Assembly: GCF_018977255.1 (NCBI RefSeq)
Contig: NW_024704757.1
Location: 10,664,001-10,728,000, forward strand
Direction: 5' to 3'
Length of the DNA: 64,000 bases
Source: Callorhinchus milii
Taxonomy: Eukaryota
Under the pieces are notes generated by a model. It searched no databases and was not told the origin of the DNA. It was given only the letters and a program-made list of their open reading frames with translations. The position numbers were made by a program, and so were the translations under genes. Below, one piece after another: positions 50,701-62,810 of the stretch (position 1 is the first letter of the stretch; each line of letters begins with the position of its first letter).

Positions 50701-53389
50701 GTTTTTAATAGCAGAAGTCTCGGACATGAAGTCAAGAGTATTCCCTTTTTTTCTCTGTTAGATAAAGCGAAGAATTGCTATTAGGAGGCTGTTTATTCTG
50801 GGAGGTCCTGGTTTTCTACCCTTCCCATGCCTGGCCTTCACTTGGATACTTCCTGCCAGCAGAGATATGATTGAAACCAGAAGCTAAACTTGTGAGGAAC
50901 AGCAGACCCACTTCCCATCGCTTAGTATTGTAGCATTCTAGACAGCTGGATACTACTGTGACTGGCCCTGAAAGTTAGTGTCCTGTCCTACAATATCTGA
51001 TCCGATTGTGTAACATTGATCCAGCTGATTGCTCCACTGCCGTTTTGGCTCCACTGAAACAATAAAAAAAATCGTAAATTCACTGTATTTGTTGTGACTT
51101 GGAATGGGTTGGCTGCTCTGACCGTCTACCTTCTGTTGGTAGGTTTAAACTGATCAAGTGGTGGGCGCAGTCCTTCCTGCCCGGGGTACCTCGGATAATC
51201 GCAGGCTTCAGAGATGACGAGGGGAAGGTTGTCTCCCTTCAATCTTTCGACACAATGAAGATCCATCACCTGGTCAAGGTTTGTACACAGCTGAATAGAT
51301 TGGATTCAAAGCAGGTGGGAAGAAATCAAATGTTAAATCTGGAGAAATCTGCACTTGGTCATTTTCTTTAAAATTGGCTACAATATAGAGGAGACTTCTG
51401 ACTATGAGTAATTTGATATGAGGATCCTCTGGCTCAGTGTGTGAATGTACCTTCTGATGTGCAATGATCATACAGACAATCCCTAGACTTCTAAGTGAGC
51501 TGATTCAACTACAGCGTTGGTTGGAAGGGCTACAGTTAAGCAGAGAATATGAACCAAGTGGGTGGGTGTGACTTTTGGAAACAACCCATGGAAGTGTCTT
51601 CTTCTCACAGAAAACCTTGCACAGCAATTCCACTCCTGATTCATGTATTACAATACACAGGCAGACAGAACCTTGGTTTAAAGTTTCATGTGAAGTACAG
51701 GACTGTATTGGAGCATCAGCCTACACTGAGTTCAAAGTCCCGAAGTGGGCTTGAACCTACAACCTCTGACTCGGAGGTGAGAGTGGCAACTGAGCCAGTA
51801 AAAGTATAAAAGTATCTGCTTAAATACTGTAACCTCACACCTACGCTTACTATTTGCATCCTAAAGTAAGTTGCACTCAATCCCACCAGAACATTTGATA
51901 TCACGCTTAGAAGGTTAATGTCTTAAAAGGCTTCACAGATATTTGCTGTCAAGTGTAGTGTTTCGTCCATGCAAACACGTGTAGCAGCTTGTGTAATTGG
52001 GCAGCCATCAGCAGCAGAAACTCTAGCTGATTCTCCCTTCATTTGTAGCAACTTCCAACCACTGCTCGGCTATCAGCTCAAACAACAAATGACATTTGTA
52101 TAGAGCCTTTCAATTCAGGAGGACATTCCAATGAGTACAAACACTGCAAATACAATATAGCTTATGGAGATGTACTATAATAACTGGTTTGTGTAACCTA
52201 CAGCTAACAGCCTTTTGCAAAAGGCCCACAGACTAATCTGGATAATGATTTCGTGAGCAGGGAGTTTGAATTTACTTAACACAGAAATGATTGACTTATA
52301 GAATTCAACACTCAGTTGTTCGTGCTATGAGAATGCATGGACCGGTGGGAATTTATTTTGTTTTTTCTCATTTCCTTATATAGAACGAGCGGAATTGCTG
52401 GAAGCCAGCCGTCTGCCTGAACTTCTGCGACGCTTTCCTGTCCTTTGTGAAGAAGGTGGTAACACAGGATGATCACCGGTACAGTTCTAATCCATTTCCT
52501 TCGCTTTATCTTCGTGTTCTGCTAAAAGGCCATTTCAGATAAAATATTGCATTTTTATGCATTACAATGAAGCTCTGATGCCTTGGAGAGTGTATCCATT
52601 TAGTAGCCGAACTCTGCAGAACAGGATGTTCTTATGGGACAGAATACAGTTTGGGACAGGATGGTGGAAGGCGAACTAGATGGACCTTGGTCTTCTTTCA
52701 CCTATCGAATTCTTATGTTCTTAGGATCTGTGCTGAGCTAGTGGATCTCAGCTAGGGCAGCAGGTGGAGCTAAAATTGGCACCAGAGAGTATCCAGGAAA
52801 GGTCTCAAAGGGAGACCAGAGCTCGGTGAATATATAAACCTCAGTATTTCTGGTTTTAGTTTGATTTCCAATAATTGGGAGTCATTTAATTATATGAGCG
52901 TAGAGTTCATTGTCAGTTAGTTGAGCAATTTGTTGGCATGTTAGTTGGCTGAATACTAGATAATTTACAGTCCTCCTCTTACTCATCAGGCAGACTCTGC
53001 TATCACTGTGTTGGGTTTGCCATGATATAAATACATAGGCCTGGAAACAACAGTTCATCAGGCTGCTCCCAAAGTAAACATTCCTAGACTAATATCTCAG
53101 ATCCTTCAATCAGCTATCTCATTACCTCTTGCATTTGCTGATGGAATCTGCCTCCACCTCCCTATTGTAACTTAAAACACACGTGTAGGCCTTGTTTAAC
53201 ACTCCTCCGATCAGTAGCACAGATCTTGAGCTAATCTCTTCTGTAACCTTTCTTGACAGGTTGGTGCATCTTTTTTCCTGGCAACCCGGAAAAGATATTT
53301 CGTATACAGTACATATGGACTCTGTGTATTCCTTCCTCCCAGACTGGTATGTGGAAAAGTTACTGTACGGAGAGGTGATTAATCCATAG
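47738..53389 (+). CDS. DXO: Decapping and exoribonuclease protein DXO (DOM3Z, Rai1 family), 422 aa
   Basis: Exons 47738-48198 (FPDYRQPVEIGCFSLD, FNLRDGY...KLDHILKW), 49446-49672 (FITWRGHLTKILTTPYE, YMSEVET, YGGYKFEQY), 50160-50379 (NTNEAFC, GEVDC, ELKTS), 51143-51278 (KLIKWWAQSFLPGV...GFRD), 52384-52478 (WKPAVCLNFC), 53260-53389 (FLPDWY). They sum to 1269 nt in frame. AATAAA at 53515. Confidence 0.96.
49050..49382 (+). mobile_element. Deu-domain-like SINE fragment with family tail
   Basis: cctgttcaggtagatgttaaaagattgcatgatgctattcaaa...gtttctcctggtgtcctgg followed by gataaggcgctatatcaaatgcaaggattat. Confidence 0.7.
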
Positions 53390-54079
53390 TGAATAAGAAG
53401 CACTTCCATCATCCGAATAAGTACGCAATGGGGCTGGGACAGGAGACTGTCTGTAAACTAACTGTTTTATAATCTGTAAAAAGTCGTGAGTTAAATTCCA
53501 TTCAAAAGTTTCATAATAAAACGTTTTATAACATACATAGTCTGGGTCTTCCCGCCTATAAAATACTCCGTTTTGTTGCTGTTTTACTGTGCAAATGTCA
53601 CAGTCAATCGCATTGTTTAAGAAGCGAGCAGTAAAATTATATGAATGCTGACTGCCTAGCCTGTTATTTGTTGTTATGACCATCCACCCAGTCAGGGCTT
53701 TAGCTCACAGGGTTGAGGTATTTCTGTGCCTCTCAAATTGGCCAAACAGGCTGCTTAGCTGCCAACATTGCCTTGGATCACTGCCAGCAACATGCCACCC
53801 ATTAACCTCTGAAGGAGAATTTTTTTTATACCTTAAGATCATTCTTCTATCAGGCATTATTCTTCAGTGCACACTTCAAAAGGGCTGAATGTACAGAATG
53901 CCATTATGTGTAAATCTCAATTTTTTAAAAATAAAGCAGTTTCTAACAGTTTTCTGCTGGACGCGACATGTTTGGGCTACAGCTTCATGGCTGGTAGCCA
54001 CACTCCAGCACCTGACCATAGCCATTCCTTACAGTGTAAGAAGAGTATCACATCTGATCCAGATCCTATGCTCACTCAA

Positions 54080-54330
54080 TATAATAACTTGCATTTGATA
54101 TAGCTCCTTATCGTGTCTTCGAGACGTCTCAAGCGCTTCACAGAATATGCTGTAAAGTGAATTGACTGTGTATTTTGTGGGTGAATTGCAGAAGCCAATT
54201 GCACACAGTAGTGTCGTGTTTTGCCCACAAAATATACAGTCAATTCACTTTACAGTATATTCTGTGAAGCACTTTGAGACGTCTCAATGATGTTTTAAGG
54301 TGCTGTATGAAACGCAAGGATTATTATTTA
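54080..54330. repeat. Two SINE 3' halves in inverted (head-to-head) orientation
   Basis: 54080-54185 is the reverse-complement tail and 54218-54328 the forward tail of the same family. Confidence 0.85.
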
Positions 54331-54666
54331 GCTGGTCATTCTAAACATAAACTAGCTTTGTTTATTAATCCTCAATTTATGCACCTTGTGATCAGTAGAA
54401 ATTTCTCTATTTACCTTATCAAAATTATTCACGTTTTTGAAGCTTTACTGAGTAAACAATCATCCCACCCAGAGTTACAGGCTGTCCACCTAGAATCCCC
54501 ACTCCGTTTCATACAGACTGATTTTTGTGATCTGACATTTCTCTACATTACAAACCTGGCAGTTAACGCCCAACACCTCACTGGAAAGAAAGTTGTACAG
54601 ATGTTTTCTAAACGTTACTTTAGCAAAGCGGTGGCCAGATAAGAGTTCTCCAACCTTTTGCATAGT

Positions 54667-57600
54667 CTACGATAATCCCATGATTTTGAAGGTGGCACCT
54701 ACAATCCTCTCGTAGACTAGAAACATAAGAGCTGCCGTGAGAACCGTCTGAAGTAACTTGGCTTCCAGACCCTTGTAGAGACCCAGCAAACCATGTCTCC
54801 TGTTAGTAAGAAAAGCCTGTTAAGATTTTTGAACAATTTACTGAAGATACGTAGCTGCTTTTAAACTATCGGTAGTTTAATGGTTATAGATTTTATTCAC
54901 GTTCACCTGGCAATGTATATCAATAAACGGGGGAGAGAGAGAGAGACCAAGTGGGGGAGTGGGCTTGCTCTGGGTGAGTGACATTTGGCAAAAAAGAGCA
55001 GTTAAATTTACTCTTGTGGATAGCCTCAATGATCCCAATATCTGAGCCAAACTGCTTTGCAGTTCTCTGGGGGGACTGCTGATATTGACCAGGCTGACTG
55101 GTGGCTCATTGATAGGACTCAGCAATATAAATATCATGCTGGGGGACTGGATTCTTCCCACTGAGCTGCTGATAAAGCTGTAACCCAACTCTTGATGGAT
55201 AGAGTGGTCCCAACTGACCAGCAGCAGGAAGCTCACCTGGTTCAATTCCAGTTGTACCAGCACACTCTTAGGGGTGTTTAAAAACCTGGTTCAGACAGCC
55301 AGCACCTGTATTTTCTGTGTATAGGCAGCAGGTGTATGTCACCTGAGGAAAACATTGACAGTTCTGACAAATGCAAAAACTGCTTCCACGATCTTTGCAG
55401 CTGGAAACCCTTAAGCACTATGTGAGACATACTAGAGAAGGAGAGATACTTAATTCATGCCACTTACTTAATCCTCTGAGATACCAGATAAAGCACTGTG
55501 TGGAAACTCCCCAGAAATGTCCTCTGTGACCCTGTGTTACTCTGTCCAAACTGTGAAGAAAAGAATAAACTTTCTGTAACTTTTTATTTGCAACGCTGTG
55601 TTCTGACGTCTGCTTGTTGGAGATTTTTCTTTGCTTTTCTTACCCGCAGTACTGCTTGCACAATCTGTAAGGGGTAAGTGATAGTCGTGGCAATTCCCTT
55701 TGCCAGAGCTCCCATCAAAAATATTTCCAAAGATGAAATCTATAAAAAAAAATGACATCTGTTAGAAGAATTAAAGTATTAAAACAGTGCTTGTAAAATC
55801 AATACAGGTTCACGTCGAGAAAGTGGGTCAAGTAACATACACACTCGCATACAGTTACGACAACAACAAAATTACATTTGTATAGAGCCTTTCACCTCAG
55901 GAGGACGTCCCAAGGCGCTGGACAGACAGTTACAGACCCAAGCTGAGGGTCGGGGTGGGGGAGGGCAGTATTCAGCCAAGCTTCCCCAGCGGCTTCATTG
56001 GTCCAGCCTCTGACTAAACTGAAGTTCCATCCATAGACTCCGCTGAGTTACTGAGCTCAGCCAGGGCAGTAGTTGGGGCCATTAATGGCCTAAGCTGTTT
56101 CATGGGGGGGATGCAGCCAATCTTCATGATGATCAATATCCAATGGGGGATCGCTGGTCGGTCTCTGAGTGGGGTCATGTCTCAGCCTGGCTCAGTGGTA
56201 GCTCTCTCCCTTCTGAGTTAGAAGGTTGTGAGTTCAAATGCCACATCGGGACTTGAACTCACATAGTCTAAGATGACACTCCAATGCAGTACTTGGGGGG
56301 GGGGGGTTGTAATGTTGGAGGTACCATCCTTTGGATGAGACATTAAGCTTGTCTACCTGTTCAGCCGGATGTTAAAGATCCCATGGCATTATTCAAAAAG
56401 AAAAGGGAGTTACTCCTGGTGTCCCGGCCAACTATCCCCCAAATAAAATTGTTTATTCATTTATTGGCTGTTTGCGCAATTGTGCTGCCGTGTTTGCCAA
56501 CAAATACACAGTCACTCCATTTCACAGTAAATCCTGTGAAGTGCAGCACAACAGATACTAAGGGCCGCTCGTACCTTTCTACCTCCTTTCATAGCTTTTC
56601 TCTTCAGTCCCTCGTACAGCATGAACTGTACTGCAGGGTTCATGACTAAGAAGAGGGATGGCAGGATTCCATTCCAGAGAGTTTTCACACCTTCTTGCTT
56701 AGCAATCTGCTGAAATGCATCTAAAAAATATATTAAGTTCACACACATTCCTACAGCTCTGAGGATTCCTAACATTCCTAACTCACCTCCCCACACTCCA
56801 TACATCATCACCCTACAGCTCAAGTATAACATCTTACCTCTGATATAACACACCTCCCCATACCTCTCAAACATAATGCATCTCTTGGTGAGATCAGCTA
56901 ACAACACAGACCGGATTTATCCTGTAGCCTCCCTGGTGAGTTTGTCTCAGTTCCACCCTGTGGGATCGGTCTCACGAAGATTCAGCGAATACGAAAAGTA
57001 CTACTCACCCAACATCCCTTTGTAGCAAGTCTGATGGATTTTCTTATTCCTAAATTTTGCTCCCTGTAGTTTCAGTCTGGTGTTGACCACCCACATTGGT
57101 GTGGTTATGAGAACATTAACAGCTCCTGACAAAACAAATCAAGCCAGTTATTTTCGATACCTACAAGACAAGATTTGTAAATAAAAACATACTGAAGATC
57201 CTATTTGGAACGAGTGCAATTGTCCTGCCCAATATTCCTCTTTCATCCCAATCCATTCCAGAAACAGATTAATCTCCATTCAGCTCATCGTGGTCGAAGA
57301 AATTACTGGGGTGGATTAGCCACCTCATTTGCTTACATAATAGTCATTAAACTTAAATGTTATTATGTGGAGCACTTTGAAGCTTTAACATAAATTGTTG
57401 TACAAAAAGGAAGTATATTTATTATTCAGTGTAGAGTTGATGTATAGAAATACTATGTGTTATGTTATGGTACAGCACTGCATCAGGCTGTTACCCAGTA
57501 TTCACTGAAGGACCGAGCTCTCGTCTGGCTTCACTAAAACAAAAGGACAAGTTTGAAATTCAAGCAGTGCCAAAGGCTGGCAGTCGGATATTTCTATTTA

Positions 57601-60600
57601 TTTATATTACATTCACTTCATTTAGAATCAATTTTATTCCGCACTTGCAAATGTTTTAGTTTACATGAAAGGTGCTGTATAAATGCACATTGATGTTGAA
57701 TCTCACCTCTCACCTCAATTCTTCCTCCCCCCCCCCCCCCCCCCCACTTCCAACTTCCAAGAAAGTTAAGAATTCCAATTTGGAGGAGAGAAATGTTTGT
57801 CCTACTCTCGGCCTCGCCTTCCCATGTGCTGTGGATGGTCAGTCCAGTACACAGACCCCTTTCTCTGAAAGCACAATCACTTGCGTTGAAGCCTCGGTTT
57901 CTGCTGCAAAGCATGCGGGGGAGAGGATCTTAAAGCTCAACCAGGCAGAGACATTATTGTTAGAATTTGCTCGAGTGCCCACTATCCCTCTATTTTAATT
58001 CAGCCTGGATAGCAAGTATTGTCACCCACAATACTTTTCGCCTACAAAAGACACAGTCAATCCACTTTACAGTATATCCTGTGAAGCGCTTTGAGGAAGG
58101 GGAGAGGAGGTGCTGTACATCATGGCCAAATCTCATGCTGTCCTGAACTGAGCAGGCCCAGCTGGGGTTGTCTCCATAATGATCAGGAACAGGAACCCTG
58201 GCCGATTCCACCTCCCTGACCCTGGGATGCTGAAGCCAATTGTAGCCCTGGCTGCTTCCTAAGTCTCTCAACTATGTAATGTTGGGATCCCGCATCACAT
58301 TTATTCTGCTGACCAGCCACTTGCTCACCCACTGAAGGGTTGCTGTATACCTGCAATGCACCCCATCACCAGATCTCTGCCGGGTGAGGCCCGGGTGTTC
58401 CCCTTCCCCCACGTTGCTTTTAGAGTGTGGAATGTGTAGAAGTAGACAAAGTTTGAGCAGCAGAGGCTGGAAATCACAGGGAACCATCCTCGGTATAGGG
58501 CCAGTCTGTATCAGAACAGGACAACAGAGGCTTAGCAACACAGAAAATGGACAAGACTAGTACAGTCCATAGCGTCAATTCCAAAGTGAAAATAAATCAA
58601 TACACTGCTCCGACACACAATATCTAGGATTTCCGGGCGGGTAATAATCCCTTCAAATACTAGGGTTAATAATAATCATTTGGTCACTCATTCCATGACT
58701 GCTTGTGGGACACTGCTGTGCGTAATTGGCTGCAGCATTGACAAAACACAGTCACTACACTTTACAGTATATTTTGTGAAGCGCTTTGAAACGTGCCAAA
58801 GACGTGATAAGGCGCTATATCAAATGCAAGGATTATAGTTTGTGACATGACATGTGCATGCGAGTGCCAGGATGGTGCAAGGCAAACTGGATGCACCTTG
58901 GTCTTCTTTCATCTAGCAATCTTTATGCTCTTATCTCTCTCTATCTCTCTCATTCTACCCCTTGCCAACATGCACTGTCAGCTCACACATGAAGAGTAGA
59001 AAGTGATCTGTGACCACTGAACTGCAGGCCAGCATCTTTCATGTTATAATTTCTGTGTTTTAAATGGACATCAACCCAGAGGAAACACCTTCACTTATTC
59101 TACCCCTATTCCAACCTCGAGGCAATTGTAACCCTGACTGAAATCAGTAACAACACACACCATCAGTGGAATCTGGCACTTAGTCTCTTGGCCTAGACTC
59201 TGTGGGTGCTGTATATGATTATCTAACAGCTGAAGCTGTTGAACAGAATCCATTGTATTTCCATTAACCAGAGACAAGGAGTCCCATTGTCACTGCACTC
59301 CACTTAAAGCGGCAGAGCCCTCAGTAAAACGATCAGCAAACGTTTTATGGTGGGGGAGGAAATACAAAGATGTACAACAGTTCACAAGTAGTGCAGGGAC
59401 ATGCTGACACAGTTCACATCATTGTGTCTTGTCTGTTGTTGAAATAAAATCCTGAACATTTCACAATTCAACAGAGTTAACACCAAACAAATGACAAGGA
59501 CATTTGGGATGAAGTCTGCAGCGAGCCGGTGGGTGGGTGGGTGGGGGGGTGATACAACTGTGGCCAGATATTGACAGGTCAGAATTTTCTGTGTTGGGCT
59601 GATTATCATATCACAACTTGGAATGTGGGTGGACCCCATTAGTTTTAGGGTTACTTTGGTCGCTGGTAAAACGTTGATAAAATGATGCTGGTGGAGTCCT
59701 GTATCTTAGTGGTTATAGCACTCTCCTCACAAGCAAGAGGACCTGTGTTTGATTCCCAGGCAGGGCAAAACATTAGGCAAGTTTCCTTACTCCACACGCC
59801 TCTGTTAATCTAGCAGTAAGTGGGAACCCGGTTGTTAGTCGATTGGCACATCGCTTTTCCGGGGGTAATAATCCCTTCAAAATAAATCAGTAAATAAATA
59901 AATAAAAATAATAATCTGGTCACTTGATCCATGCCTGTTTGTGGTACACTGTTGTGCGCAATTGACTTCCGCATTTTGCCCACAAAATATACAGGTTTCT
60001 CACTTACAGGCCTTCCTCTCGGATTATCTCCGCCAGCAGCAGAGGTGTGCATCTGCATTCCCGGTTATCATCCACTGGATAAACATACAAGTCAGAAGAG
60101 TGTGAATTAAACATAAATACATTCAAGAAATATTTTACCAGTCCTACCCTGAAAGAGCTGAATGGTTTTCTTCCGTGCTATAAGATTTTATGGGGGGAGA
60201 TGAGAATTTCCGCTGATCCGGTTTGGAACTGAAGGATAAAATTCAGATTTCTGGCGAACTCTCTCCCTAAATTGCTCTATCGGACACCCTCCCTCTCTGC
60301 TTTGAAAACCTGTCTGAAAAAACCTCTCATTAACTCTGCATCTGTATCCACTTCCCACCTACCCACAATTTCCCACCCAGCTCAGGTCTCTCTGTCTCTA
60401 TGAAGTGGCTTGGATATTTTTTTCCCCTCCAAGTAAAACACATGGCATAAGTGCAAGTTATTGTCGTTATCTAGCTGGAATTTCTTTCTTTCGGGATCAG
60501 CCGGGTATCTGACATCTGCGGATACCCATCACCATGCTTAAGAGTATCCAAACCAAACTAAAAATTCCATGCATCCCACTTACACATTAAAAATCCTAGA

Positions 60601-62318
60601 GATAAGATTGTTGGAATGGAATATGCACTCTCAAGTTTTATTTAAAACAAAACTGAATTAGTTACATAGAAACGGTGATCAGATGGTTCCAGAAATATGG
60701 GAAATGGATTATAGTCTAGAAAGATGGTTTATCTACTGTAAAGACTCTGCACTTTACCAATGCAAAGGTTCTCCCCGAGTTATGCACTTGCCTTGTAGAC
60801 GTATTCTTGCAGTATCCAGCGGGAAAAATACTGTCATAGCCGTCACACTGCCCTGCAGATGCAAAAGGACAGGAGGCAGATTACTCCTACTCGCATTATG
60901 CAAGGATTATTATTATTATACACCCGTCATCTCCCAACATTTAACACTGGGATCTAATTCCTGATTTGTAACTAGTGACTCCCAGAGTAAAAAGCCAACT
61001 TCACAGAATAATAATAATCCTTGAGTTTGATATAGCACCTTATCCCGTTGTTGAGATGTCTCAACGCCCTTCACAGAATATACTATGAAATGAATTGACT
61101 GTATATTCTGTGAGAGGAAGATTAAAGGTAGGAGAGGAAATTAAAGAGCGCATGCACAACATTAAAAAGTTGGGATATTTTAACTTAACGACAAGTTGTC
61201 AATTTTTTTTTACAAAAATACAAAATCCTGGAGTAGGTGCTGGGAGCGCCTCAGCTTTGAGGAATGTGCTGTACAGTATTACTATTCCAGGCAGGTTGGC
61301 CTGTTTCAGTGCTGTGTCACTTTATGTAACTCTAAGTACAGCATGTTACAGCATAGAGCTGACTCGTGGTTGGGTAATTAAAGGGCACAATCTTCATGAA
61401 ATAGGGGTCTGACAATTTATTCTACAGGTTTATTCTACTTTCTACAATATGTGATGAAGGGACATGAATTCACCAATTGCTCAGTCGTATTGAAAGATGC
61501 CAATCGCTTCAGCAGAGTGCGACTTCAAGAATTTGATGGAAAAGGACATTTTACTCCTCCCTTTTATTTATTATTGCAAAACAATCTTAAGGCAATTTCG
61601 CCCCCAATATATACAGTCAATTCACTTTACAGTATATTTTGCAAATCGCTCTGAGACGTCTCAAAGACGTGATGTGGTGCTATATCAAATGCAAGGATTA
61701 TTATTATTATTTAGCTGGTCATTCTAAAAACAAGCTTCACTTATTAATCCTCAATTTCTACTTGTGATCGGTAGAAATTTCTCCATTTAATATTATAATA
61801 ATTTAGACATGAAAGTAATTTTTTTTCAAAATCCCCCACTCATGCTATCAACCCACAACCACTTATTTCATGGATTAAGCTGTTTAAAGTGGTACAACTT
61901 GTGTTTAAACAACTTCGGATTTTCTGCTTGCAATCCAGAAATAATTTATCCATAGCAATTAAATTGTGCAATCAAACCACATGCTGCTGGGAAATCGCTG
62001 GATTTAACACTTCCTGATCTGATTTTTACTGAAATGCGATCTACTCTGAGAATCCCTGGCTGATTAAATGCAGCGATGCCAATACGAACAGCATCTATTG
62101 AGAGTGACTGGCTTCTCCGCGTGTGTGGATCTACCACTCTCTCTCTCTGTCTGTCTGTCTCTGTGTGTCTATCAAGAACACACTGGGGGTGGATGGAGTA
62201 TAAACCCCGGTTTGATTTAGTTCCAACAATCAGGGCCGTGCATACTTGGTCCACTTACCGCTGCTCCGGACAGGGCATGGACAAGGGTCCGGTAGGATGT
62301 CATCGAGGATCCCCCCAT
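54667..62318 (-). CDS. SLC25A17: Peroxisomal membrane carrier of the PMP34/SLC25A17 family, 305 aa (orthologue or paralogue)
   Basis: Exons 62259-62318 ([20 protein letters not shown]), 60792-60852 ([20 protein letters not shown]; GC donor), 60008-60074, 58351-58505 ([20 protein letters not shown]), 57009-57125 ([15 protein letters not shown]), 56575-56720 ([13 protein letters not shown]), 55644-55739 ([12 protein letters not shown]), 55468-55550, 54667-54799 ([25 protein letters not shown]). They sum to 918 nt in frame. An acceptor at 62327 implies an upstream exon that I did not locate. Confidence 0.9.
56185..56541 (+). mobile_element. Near full-length tRNA-head Deu-domain-like SINE
   Basis: A box tggctcagtggta, B box gttcaaatg, then gacactccaatgcagtac...taaagatcccatggcattattcaaaaag...ctcctggtgtcccggcc and the family 3' region. 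Confidence 0.75.
58640..58836 (+). mobile_element. SINE 3' half
   Basis: gggtaataatccc...gggacactgctgtgcgtaattggctgc...gacgtgataaggcgctatatcaaatgcaaggattat. Confidence 0.8.
59693..60000 (+). mobile_element. tRNA-derived SINE, long variant, 3'-truncated at an SLC25A17 exon boundary
   Basis: Head ggagtcctgtatcttagtggttatagc, body and central segment are present; the tail stops at aaaatatacag. Confidence 0.8.
61595..61710 (+). mobile_element. SINE 3' tail (an inverted tail also lies at about 61008-61110)
   Basis: Family tail ending in gcaaggattattattattat. Confidence 0.8.
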
Positions 62319-62619
62319 TGCTATCCCTGTTGATTGTAGGGAAACGAAGCGAGTGAGAAACTTCCTGCAAAGCAGCTCCTCCCCGTGGGATCAGACCATG
62401 TACATCACTGCAGTATACACTGGCCCCCACTTGGCTCCTGCCCGCCCTCTCATGGCCGAAGACACTCCTGTACCGTCCAACCAAACCACAGATAATGTAA
62501 GAAATCAATCTGTGATGCACAGGGTAATAAAATCAAGGCCGTCTCAAATGGCTGCCACCATGGGCTTTAGGCAAAACATTTGAATAAGAAAGATCATGAC
62601 GCGTTGCCTCGCAGCGTTT

Positions 62620-62810
62620 AACAATAATCCTTGCATCTGAATACGGCGCCTTATCAGGCCTTCGAGACGTCTCAAAGCGCTTTACAGAATATACTGTAAA
62701 GTGAATTGACTGTAATAATTTGTGGGCGAAACGCGGCAGCCAATTGCGCACGGTAGTTTCCCCGCAAACAGTCGTGGATTGAGAGACCAAATTATTATAT
62801 TGTTTTGGGG
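62620..62810 (-). mobile_element. SINE 3' half
   Basis: aataatccttgcatctga...gtgggcgaaacgcggcagccaattgcgcac is the reverse complement of the family sequence. Confidence 0.8.
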
